Positions 53,237 to 61,577 of a stretch of 64,000 nucleotides of DNA are shown here, one piece after another. The notes beneath the pieces were generated by a model. The model worked only from the letters and a program-made list of their open reading frames with translations. It was not told where the DNA came from and did not search any database. Both the position numbers and the translations under genes were made by a program. The stretch comes from Patescibacteria group bacterium (lineage in GTDB: Bacteria; Patescibacteriota; JABMPQ01; JAQVVF01): NCBI GenBank assembly GCA_041662665.1, contig JBAZSC010000003.1, positions 76,333 to 140,332 of the forward strand, given 5' to 3'. The first letter of the stretch is position 1; each line of letters begins with the position of its first letter.

Positions 53237-54184
53237 ATGAATAATTTTTTTGAAAAATGTGAGCGCGATATTAATTTGGCTGATCATACGACTTTCAAAA
53301 TTGGCGGGCCTGCTGATTATTTTTATATTGCAAAAAATCAAGAGGATTTGATTGAAGCTTTGAAATCAGTAAAAGAAGAAGGGATAAAATATTATGTTTT
53401 AGGAGGAGGAAGCAATGTTTTGGTTTCTGATGAAGGTTTTAGAGGATTAGTAATAAAAATAGAGCTAGATAATTTGGATATTAAAGAAAATATTATAATT
53501 GTCGGTGCTGGTGTTTCAGTTGGCAAAATTGTAAGCAAGGCTTTGGATAACAATTTGACTGGAATGGAATTTTTTACTGGCGTGCCTGGAACAATTGGTG
53601 GTGCGATTTTTGGCAATGCTGGAGCCTATGGAAGTGATGCTAGTAAAATTTTGAAAAGTGTCTCTTATTATGATGTAAATGCAGATAAGATAATTAAAAA
53701 AGAAATTAATAATCTTGATTTTTCTTATCGTTCAAGTGAATTTAAAAATGATAAAAATAAAATTGTTTTATCATGCGAAATTGAATTAAAAAAATCAGAT
53801 AGAAATAAAATTATTGCTGAAATGTCAGATATTGCAAAACAAAGAGGAACAAAGATTCCAAATGAGCCTAGCGCCGGTTCAGTTTTTAAAAATGTAACAA
53901 AAGATTTAACACAGATACTCAACAAATTAGACACAGATAACACAGATAAAATTAAATTTAAAAAGTATGGAAAAATTCCGGCTGCTTTATTGATTGAAAA
54001 AAGTGGATTAAAAGGAAGACAAGTTGGCGGAGCAAAAGTATCAGAAAAGCATACTAATTTTATTGTAAATATAGGTTTCGCAAAGGCAAAAGATGTGCTA
54101 GACTTAGTTGAAATAGTGAAAACTCAAGTTAAAATTAAATTTGGCGTTGAGTTAGAATTAGAGAATATATTGGTCGGGTTCTAA
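53237..54184 (+). CDS. murB: UDP-N-acetylenolpyruvoylglucosamine reductase
   Basis: 'TFKIGGPADYF', FAD-binding PCMH domain, 'GGGSN'. Confidence 0.85.
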   Translation: MNNFFEKCERDINLADHTTFKIGGPADYFYIAKNQEDLIEALKSVKEEGIKYYVLGGGSNVLVSDEGFRGLVIKIELDNLDIKENIIIVGAGVSVGKIVSKALDNNLTGMEFFTGVPGTIGGAIFGNAGAYGSDASKILKSVSYYDVNADKIIKKEINNLDFSYRSSEFKNDKNKIVLSCEIELKKSDRNKIIAEMSDIAKQRGTKIPNEPSAGSVFKNVTKDLTQILNKLDTDNTDKIKFKKYGKIPAALLIEKSGLKGRQVGGAKVSEKHTNFIVNIGFAKAKDVLDLVEIVKTQVKIKFGVELELENILVGF

Positions 54185-54200
54185 ATGTTGCATTAAATAA

Positions 54201-54265
54201 GTTAGATTAGTTAGATAGGTTAGACTGGTTATTTATAAATTGTTCAATTGTTAAATTGTTAATAT
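54201..54265 (+). repeat. GTTAGATNN array followed by ATTGTTAA array
   Basis: gttagatta gttagatag gttagactg gtta … attgttca attgttaa attgttaa. Confidence 0.65.
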
Positions 54266-54308
54266 TAATTTTGACAATTTAGCATTTTAACAATTAAACA
54301 ATTAAGTT

Positions 54309-54632
54309 ATGAAAATCACAATTTACCACAAAAAAATTGAATTAACGGACAAGCTTTATGATTATGTTCAGGAAAAAGTTGGCGGTTTAGAGCAATATAT
54401 TGACAATGTGATTGAATGCTTTGTAGAGTTAGACGAAGATACATCAATGAAATCAGGCAAAAAATTCAGATGCGAAGTGCAAATGAAAGTTCCAAGATCT
54501 TCCATTAGAGCTGAAGAAATTGCCTATGATATTTTTGAAGCAATTGATCTTGTAATTCCAAAATTAACTAAACAAATTGAAAAATACAAAGGTACTAGAA
54601 GTCATCCGAGGGGAATAAAAAGTTTGAATTAG
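54309..54632 (+). CDS. hpf: Ribosome hibernation promoting factor / RaiA family
   Basis: 'MKITIYHKKIELTDKLYDYVQEKV…' S30AE-family signature. Confidence 0.75.
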   Translation: MKITIYHKKIELTDKLYDYVQEKVGGLEQYIDNVIECFVELDEDTSMKSGKKFRCEVQMKVPRSSIRAEEIAYDIFEAIDLVIPKLTKQIEKYKGTRSHPRGIKSLN

Positions 54633-54654
54633 TTTTTATAAAAATATTTTAATT

Positions 54655-54775
54655 TTGAGAATTTAGAATTTAGAATCTGGAATCTAGAATAGAATAGAGA
54701 ATTTGGAATAAAATAATTCTCATTTTACTTTCTAATTCTATTCAAAATTCTAGATTCAAGATTCTAGATTCTTAA
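54655..54775 (+). repeat. About 120-bp imperfect palindrome of 7-bp AATYTAG units (tagaatctggaatctagaatagaatag … ctattcaaaattctagattcaagattctagattc)
   Basis: Inverted arrays directly upstream of the secA ATG. Confidence 0.6.
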
Positions 54776-54779
54776 TTTT

Positions 54780-57536
54780 ATGGCATTTGATTTTTTTAAA
54801 AAAATATTTGGTGATCCAAATAAACGAGTTGTTGATCAGCTCGCTCCAATAGTTTCGCAAATTAATTCTTTGGAATCAGGTTTGAAAGATTTGTCAGCTG
54901 AAGAATTAAAATCTAGAACAAAAAAATTAAAAGATGAATTAAAAAATGGCAAGACTTTAGACGATATTTTGCCTGAGGCTTTTGCTTTAGTTCGAGAGGC
55001 TTCCAGAAGAACGACAAAAATGAGACATTTTGATGTTCAGCTTTTGGGTGGAATTGTTCTTCATCAAGGAAAAATATCAGAAATGAAAACTGGTGAAGGA
55101 AAAACTTTGGTGGCAACATTGCCATTATATTTGAATGCATTGTCAGGCAAAGGCTCTCATTTAATTACTGTTAATGATTATTTGGCAAGAAGAGATACAG
55201 TATGGATGGGGCAGATTTATGATGCTCTTGGATTAAGTGTTGGTTGTATTCAGCATGAACAGGCTTTTGTTTACGATTCTCAATATAGCAAAAAGAATAA
55301 TGAATCAGGAATAATGAATAATGAAGAACTTGATGAAGAAAGAGATGAAATGGGAAGTTTTAAAGTATTCCATGAATATCTAAGACCAGTTTCTAGAAAA
55401 GAAGCATATAATGCTGATATTACTTACGGAACAAATAATGAATATGGTTTTGATTATTTGAAAGATAATATGGTTGCAGAGCTTGCTGAAAAAGTTCAAA
55501 GAAATTTGAATTTTGCAATTGTTGATGAAGTTGACTCTATTTTGATTGATGAAGCAAGAACTCCGTTGATTATTTCTGCTCCAGCAGAAGAAGCAGTTGA
55601 TATGTATAATCAATTTGCAAGCTTGATTCCAAAATTAAAAGAAAATGAAGATTACAATATTGATGAAAAAATGCGGGCAGCAACTTTGACAGATAAAGGA
55701 ATCGCAAAGCTTGAAAAAATGTTGGGATTGCAGAATATTTATGAAGAAAAAGGAATAGAAATTGTCCATCATATTGAACAAGCTTTGAAAGCGCATACTT
55801 TGTTTAAAAGAGACAAAGATTATGTTGTAAAAAATAATGAAGTAATAATTGTTGATGAATTTACTGGCAGATTAATGCCTGGCCGTAGATTTTCTGAAGG
55901 TTTGCATCAAGCGTTGGAAGCAAAAGAAAACGTGGCGATTCAGCGAGAATCAAGAACATTAGCAACAATTACATTTCAAAATTATTTTAGAATTTATAAA
56001 AAATTAGCTGGCATGACTGGAACTGCGGCAACATCAGCTGAAGAATTTTCAAAAGTTTATAAATTGGATGTTGTTATAATTCCAACCAATAAACCATTAA
56101 TACGTGAGGATTTAAATGATTTGGTTTATAAATCAGAATTAGGAAAATATATTGCTGTAGTTAAAGATGTAAAAGAAAGAAATAAAAAAGGTCAGCCAGT
56201 TTTGATTGGTACGATTTCAATTGAAAAAAATGAGAGATTAGGACAAATGTTGCAAGACGAAGGAATTATATGCAATGTTTTAAATGCAAAGAACCATGAA
56301 AAAGAAGGCGAGATAATTGCTCAAGCTGGTAGATTAAATGGCGTGACAGTTGCAACAAACATGGCAGGTCGCGGTGTTGATATTATTTTGGGTGGAGTGC
56401 CTTTGAATAAAGAAGAAGCAGAAAAAATTAAACAATTAGGTGGTCTTCATGTTATTGGAACAGAAAGGCATGAAGCAAGAAGAATAGATAATCAGCTTCG
56501 AGGTAGAGCTGGACGTCAAGGCGATCCTGGTTCTTCACAATTTTTTGTGTCAATGGAAGATGATTTGATGAGAATTTTTGGTTCTGACAGAATGAAAAAA
56601 ATGATGGATACTTTGAAATTGCCAGAAGATCAGCCAATTGAACATGGATTAATCTCAAAATCAATTGAAGCAGCTCAAAATAAAGTTGAAGGAAATAATT
56701 ATGATATTAGAAAACATGTTTTGGAATATGATGATGTGATGAATAAACATCGGGAAGTCATTTATAAAAAGCGTAATGCGATACTTGATGCTTGGGAACG
56801 AGAAAAAAGGGAAATAGGAAACAGAAAACAGGAAACAGGAAAAGAAATGCAAACTTTGAAAAGTATTATTTTAGAATATATTGAAGATGAAATTGAGCAA
56901 ATTGTAACAAATCATACTGGTACAGAAGATGTTGAGAATTGGAATTGTGAAGAAATTTATGAATCTGTAAAAACTATTTTTCCAGTATCGCAAGATATTC
57001 ATCTTGAATTGGAAAATTTAGCAAAAAAAGCTGGCAATGAAAAAAATGGAGCTGAAGCAAGAACGATAATTATTGATTATCTTTTTGATTTGGCAAGGAA
57101 AGCTTATGATGCGAAAGAAAAAGAAAATGGTGAGGAAGGAATGAGGCAAATCGAAAGAGCTGTTTTGCTTCGAACTATTGATTCTTTGTGGATGGATCAT
57201 TTGGATGCAATGGAATATATGAGAGAGGGAATTGGCTTGCGAGGTTTTGGACAAAGAGATCCATTAGTTGAATATAAAAAAGAAGCATTTGGAATGTTTG
57301 GTGCTTTGTTGGCAGAAATTCAAAATAGAGTTGTTTATACTATTTATAAAGTTGGAATTGTGACACAACAAGTATCGCCAATGCAAAAAGCAAAACAACA
57401 AATGCAAACTTCAGGCGCGGAAAAAGGTGAAGATTCTAAAACTTTGCCAGAGCACTCTAGCAAAATTGGAAGAAATGATCCGTGTATTTGTGGAAGTGGG
57501 AAAAAATACAAGCACTGTTGCGGAAAAAACAAATAG
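54780..57536 (+). CDS. secA: Preprotein translocase ATPase SecA (with C-terminal zinc-binding tail)
   Basis: DEAD-like motor motifs, 'MAGRGVDI', C-terminal [14 protein letters not shown]; contains the low-complexity insert at 56815-56844. Confidence 0.95.
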   Translation: MAFDFFKKIFGDPNKRVVDQLAPIVSQINSLESGLKDLSAEELKSRTKKLKDELKNGKTLDDILPEAFALVREASRRTTKMRHFDVQLLGGIVLHQGKISEMKTGEGKTLVATLPLYLNALSGKGSHLITVNDYLARRDTVWMGQIYDALGLSVGCIQHEQAFVYDSQYSKKNNESGIMNNEELDEERDEMGSFKVFHEYLRPVSRKEAYNADITYGTNNEYGFDYLKDNMVAELAEKVQRNLNFAIVDEVDSILIDEARTPLIISAPAEEAVDMYNQFASLIPKLKENEDYNIDEKMRAATLTDKGIAKLEKMLGLQNIYEEKGIEIVHHIEQALKAHTLFKRDKDYVVKNNEVIIVDEFTGRLMPGRRFSEGLHQALEAKENVAIQRESRTLATITFQNYFRIYKKLAGMTGTAATSAEEFSKVYKLDVVIIPTNKPLIREDLNDLVYKSELGKYIAVVKDVKERNKKGQPVLIGTISIEKNERLGQMLQDEGIICNVLNAKNHEKEGEIIAQAGRLNGVTVATNMAGRGVDIILGGVPLNKEEAEKIKQLGGLHVIGTERHEARRIDNQLRGRAGRQGDPGSSQFFVSMEDDLMRIFGSDRMKKMMDTLKLPEDQPIEHGLISKSIEAAQNKVEGNNYDIRKHVLEYDDVMNKHREVIYKKRNAILDAWEREKREIGNRKQETGKEMQTLKSIILEYIEDEIEQIVTNHTGTEDVENWNCEEIYESVKTIFPVSQDIHLELENLAKKAGNEKNGAEARTIIIDYLFDLARKAYDAKEKENGEEGMRQIERAVLLRTIDSLWMDHLDAMEYMREGIGLRGFGQRDPLVEYKKEAFGMFGALLAEIQNRVVYTIYKVGIVTQQVSPMQKAKQQMQTSGAEKGEDSKTLPEHSSKIGRNDPCICGSGKKYKHCCGKNK

Positions 57537-57565
57537 AAATTCGGAAATTATGAAATTCGGAAATT

Positions 57566-57660
57566 TCTACCCAACTTCAGTTGGGGTTAGGTGAACTTTA
57601 GTTCACGGACGACGAAAAACTAAAGTTTTTTTGACCCCAACTGAAGTTGGGTAGGGTACT
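57566..57660 (+). repeat. MITE-like inverted-pair version of the two-hairpin element (ctacccaacttcagttggggt … accccaactgaagttgggtag); likely also the secA terminator
   Basis: 21-nt perfect terminal inverted repeats flanking gtgaac/ttta/gttcac and an A/T run. Confidence 0.65.
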
Positions 57661-57697
57661 CTAAAAATCAAAATAAAAAAACGAACGTGGAAGTTCG

Positions 57698-58039
57698 TTA
57701 TGCGGAAAGTGCTTTGAAGACAATTCTTGCGTAGTAAGAGCAGACGATTGTAGGTGGAATATCATCTGTGCCATCATTTTTTGTAATTCTGCTATATCTT
57801 TCAAGCTGAACAGTAAAATGATTGAAGGGTGGACTGGAAAGTAAATCATTTGCTGTAGATTGGACCAGATTGCTACATTTTTCTATTCCTCTATCAGATC
57901 GTTCCATAAAACAGATTTCTGCAACTACTCGATTATTTGCAGAACAATTCTTAGCGTGGTTGGCAATTTTTGCAGCAGTTTCCATGATACGCCAAATAGG
58001 CATACCTTCGCAAACAATATAAGTTTTTTCCTCTTGCAT
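57698..58039 (-). CDS. Hypothetical protein (113 aa), high-GC strong-SD orphan
   Basis: AAGGAGGAGAAAAAG upstream of the minus-strand ATG at 58039. Confidence 0.4.
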   Translation of the reverse strand: MQEEKTYIVCEGMPIWRIMETAAKIANHAKNCSANNRVVAEICFMERSDRGIEKCSNLVQSTANDLLSSPPFNHFTVQLERYSRITKNDGTDDIPPTIVCSYYARIVFKALSA

Positions 58040-58155
58040 TTTTCTTTTTCTCCTCCTTGTTGTCCTCTTTCGAGGAAGGTGCGAATAATTTAGTATATTA
58101 TTTTATTACGAAAAGACAAGAGATTTTAAAAATCTAAACAACAAAATTAATATTT

Positions 58156-59874
58156 ATGTCAATACATGATCGGATATTGCGGATATTAGATATTCGGATA
58201 TTAGGTGGTTTGATTTTGGTTGTTTTTTTGTTTTCTTGTTTCTTTGTTTTGAATGCAAATGCGTCCAACTACATTCAGCCAGAAATAAAAGTTTATTCTG
58301 ATTATGGAGATAAAATAGATGCTGATTTTTTGGCATTTGACAAGAATTTTAAAGGCGGAGCATATCCAGCAATTGGCGATATTAATAATGATGGAAAAGA
58401 TGAAATTGTGATTGGCGCTGGATATGGTGGCGGGCCGCAAGTTAGAATTTTTGATAAATTGGGAAATTCAACTGGCATTAATTTCTATGCATTTGAAAAA
58501 GAATATACTTCAGGTGTTGATGTTGCTGTTTGTAATTTAGATAATAAAGGTAGAAATGAAATTGTTGTTGGCAAAGCACTTGAAGATAGAAGCGATATTG
58601 CAATCTATAAAATTAGTAAAAAAAATAAAATTAATAAGCTGACTTCTTTTACGGCTTATGATGAAAGTTTTGAAGGTGGAGTGAATATTTCATGTTCGGA
58701 TTTAAACAATGATAAAAGAGATGAAATTGTTACTTCACCTGGACCTTCTGGTCGTAGTCATATCAGAACTTTTAAATATTTGGCAAAGAAAAAAGAAGTT
58801 GTTGATTTTGGATTATCTTTTTTTGCATTCAATGACGATTTTGAAGGCGGAGCAACTGTCAGTGCTTATAATGGCAAAATAATTGTTGGACAAGCGACAG
58901 GAGGAAATTTGGTTTATGTCTATGAAGTGAATCGCAAAGATGTAAGAAAGTTTTCAAAATTAGGAATGCTTGATAAGTTAGCGCCGAAATTTGTTAGAAA
59001 AATTAATGCATTTAAAAATTTTAAAGGAGGAGTTAATGTTTCAATTGGAAAATTGGATTCTGGCAAGGCAAAAATTTTGGTATCGCCAGCTTCTAATGGC
59101 GGTCCAACAATTCAAATTTTTAATTTAAAAGGAAAGCTATTAAAAAATTTTAGCGCCTATTCAGGTGATTTTAAAGGCGGCGTAAGAATTGCGAATCTCA
59201 CGAATGGCAAGCCCACAAATAACTCAAATGATAAACAGAAGGATTATGATTTTGTTGTTGCTCCAGGATTTAAATTGGGAATTAAATGTGAAAGAAATTG
59301 CGTGGCTTTAACTCTTGATGACGGCTATACTTCAGCAAGTGGATCGTTCGATCGAATTTTGGATACATTAAAATATAAAAAAGTTCATGCGACATTTTTT
59401 ATGCTAGGTACTGTAATGCAACAATATCCAGACAGGATGAAAAGATTAAGTGATGAAGGGCATCAACTAGCAAATCATAGTTTTTCACACGCTGATTTTA
59501 CAAGATTATCAAGCGCACAAATTATTAATGAAATTACTTATACTAATCAAATAGGTGAAAGTATAACTGGCAAGCCGACAAAACCTTATTTTCGTTATCC
59601 TGGTGGCAGTCATAATGCTTCAACTGATGCAATTGTAAAAAATTTAGGTTATAAGTATTTTGGATGGACAGCATCTGCAGGAGATACAGGATCAAATGTT
59701 ACAGTACAATCAGCAACCTTTGGCATGCTTTGGAATTTGCATGATGGTTCAATAATTCTGGGACACACAATGAAAGATGCAACTGCAGGAGCTTTGCCAA
59801 CTGTTATTGATGCAATCAGAAATGCTGGATTTACATTAGCGACTCTTGATGAAATGAGTTCATATTGGAAATGA
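58156..59874 (+). CDS. Secreted FG-GAP-repeat protein with C-terminal NodB-type polysaccharide deacetylase (CE4) domain
   Basis: N-terminal TM/signal; 'GDINNDGKDEIV' FG-GAP repeats; CE4 motifs 'LTLDDGY', 'HATFFMLG', 'GHQLANHSFSH'. Confidence 0.7.
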   Translation: MSIHDRILRILDIRILGGLILVVFLFSCFFVLNANASNYIQPEIKVYSDYGDKIDADFLAFDKNFKGGAYPAIGDINNDGKDEIVIGAGYGGGPQVRIFDKLGNSTGINFYAFEKEYTSGVDVAVCNLDNKGRNEIVVGKALEDRSDIAIYKISKKNKINKLTSFTAYDESFEGGVNISCSDLNNDKRDEIVTSPGPSGRSHIRTFKYLAKKKEVVDFGLSFFAFNDDFEGGATVSAYNGKIIVGQATGGNLVYVYEVNRKDVRKFSKLGMLDKLAPKFVRKINAFKNFKGGVNVSIGKLDSGKAKILVSPASNGGPTIQIFNLKGKLLKNFSAYSGDFKGGVRIANLTNGKPTNNSNDKQKDYDFVVAPGFKLGIKCERNCVALTLDDGYTSASGSFDRILDTLKYKKVHATFFMLGTVMQQYPDRMKRLSDEGHQLANHSFSHADFTRLSSAQIINEITYTNQIGESITGKPTKPYFRYPGGSHNASTDAIVKNLGYKYFGWTASAGDTGSNVTVQSATFGMLWNLHDGSIILGHTMKDATAGALPTVIDAIRNAGFTLATLDEMSSYWK

Positions 59875-59906
59875 GAAATGGGATATGGGAAGTGAGAAAA
59901 TAGATA

Positions 59907-59983
59907 TTCTACCCTGCCCATGGCAGGGGTACGTGAATTTTTTGTAGTAACTTTTAAAAACCCTTGCCGTGGGCAAGGTAGAA
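59907..59983 (+). repeat. Inverted-pair two-hairpin element (tctaccctgcccatggcagggg … cccttgccgtgggcaaggtaga)
   Basis: Terminal inverted repeats of about 22 nt, each itself a hairpin. Confidence 0.6.
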
Positions 59984-60109
59984 GCTAACTATTGAATACT
60001 GAATATTTTTGTGCTATTATGATATTGTAAGAAAAAAGTTAGACTAGTTAGACTAGTTAACTATTTTCTGTTTTCTATTTACTATAAATTAATTAAATTA
60101 TAAATAACT

Positions 60110-61513
60110 ATGAAAAAAGGAGCTTGGTTATTTGCGTTAGCGTTAATTTTTGGATGCGGTTTTTTTGTTTCCAATGCAAAAGCTGATTTTACGTCTCCAG
60201 AAGTTAAAGTTTATAAAGGAAAGGGACAGATTAGTAATAGTTTCTTAGCATTTGAAAGCGCATTTCAAGGTGGTGGTTTTATTTCTACTGGTGATGTAAA
60301 TGATGATGGATTAGATGAAATTGTAATTGGTGCTGGAGTTGGCGGAGGACCAAGAGTCAGAGTTTTTAAGAAAAGTGGAAAATGTATTTTAGATTTTATG
60401 GCTTTTGAATCAACTTTCAAAGGCGGTGTTGATGTTGCAATTGGTAATATTGATGGAATAGGAAAAGAAGAAATTATTGTAACGAAAGCAACAGGCGGAC
60501 AGGCTTGGGTTAAAGTTTTTAGAGGAAAAAAACAAATTAGGAACTTTTTGGCATTAACATCTTTGCATACTGGTGGAGCTTCTGTAGCTTCTGGCGATGT
60601 AGATTCCGATAAAAAAGATGAAATTATTGTAGGCTCAGGATTAGGATCAAGATCACACGTAAAAGTTTTTAGCGGCAGAGGAAAAGAATCAGATAAAATT
60701 TTCTGGCCATTTGAAAATTCCTATAAGGGTGGAGTTGACGTAGCTGTTGGAGATTATGATGGAGGCAAAGATGAGGAAATTGCTATTTCTAAAGCTAGAT
60801 TTTCTAATGCAAGATTAAAAATTTATAAATTCGATCAAGAAAAAACAATCTTAGGTCAATTTGATGCTTATCCAACTTCTCATCAAGAAGGTGCTAATGT
60901 TGATGCTGGCGATATTGATAATGATGGTTTGGATGAAATTATTACTGGTGCTAATGGACAAACTTCTGAAGTGCGTGCTTTTAAGGTTAATGGCAGACAG
61001 CTTAAAGTGAGTTTGAAGCCTTATGGTAATTATATTAGTGGAGGTGCAAGAGTTGCGGTCGGAAGATTTATTAAAGATGTAAAATCAGAAAGAATTACGA
61101 CTATTCCTGGAAAAAAATATTATAGCGGAAGAAATGAATATCGTTATATCGAAGTGAGTTTGGCTAAACAAAGATTATATGTATATGAGCAAGGAAGAGT
61201 TGTTAAAGAGATGTTGATTTCTTCTGGAATTTCCAAATATCCAACACCGACTGGCGATTATTTTATTCAAGCTAAAGTATTGTCAACTCGAATGAAGCAT
61301 GAATATGGACCTAATCATCCAGATAATTATGATATTCCTAATGTACCGTACGCAATGCCTTTTGATGGAGGTTATACTATACATGGCGCGTTTTGGCATA
61401 ATAATTTTGGTTATCCAATGAGTCATGGATGTGTGAATTTATCAGTACCAGATTCTAAATGGCTTTTTGAATGGGCGTATTTAGGAGAGAGTGTACATGT
61501 AACTCCTTGGTAA
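60110..61513 (+). CDS. Secreted FG-GAP-repeat protein with C-terminal L,D-transpeptidase (YkuD) domain
   Basis: Signal peptide; 'GDVNDDGLDEIV', 'GDVDSDKKDEII' repeats; catalytic 'SHGCVNLS'. Confidence 0.75.
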   Translation: MKKGAWLFALALIFGCGFFVSNAKADFTSPEVKVYKGKGQISNSFLAFESAFQGGGFISTGDVNDDGLDEIVIGAGVGGGPRVRVFKKSGKCILDFMAFESTFKGGVDVAIGNIDGIGKEEIIVTKATGGQAWVKVFRGKKQIRNFLALTSLHTGGASVASGDVDSDKKDEIIVGSGLGSRSHVKVFSGRGKESDKIFWPFENSYKGGVDVAVGDYDGGKDEEIAISKARFSNARLKIYKFDQEKTILGQFDAYPTSHQEGANVDAGDIDNDGLDEIITGANGQTSEVRAFKVNGRQLKVSLKPYGNYISGGARVAVGRFIKDVKSERITTIPGKKYYSGRNEYRYIEVSLAKQRLYVYEQGRVVKEMLISSGISKYPTPTGDYFIQAKVLSTRMKHEYGPNHPDNYDIPNVPYAMPFDGGYTIHGAFWHNNFGYPMSHGCVNLSVPDSKWLFEWAYLGESVHVTPW

Positions 61514-61577
61514 TTAGAAAATTAAAAATAACTTGTTATTCAGTTAGGTAAGTTAAATAAAAAATAAATTAAACAAA

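Noticed and set aside
5891-60062. GTTAGAC/GTTAGAT arrays as integron attC sites
   Set aside because: The core heptamer fits GTTRRRY, but the sites are tandem arrays rather than R''-L''…L'-R' attC structures. No intI-like integrase is present in the window, and the arrays follow housekeeping genes.
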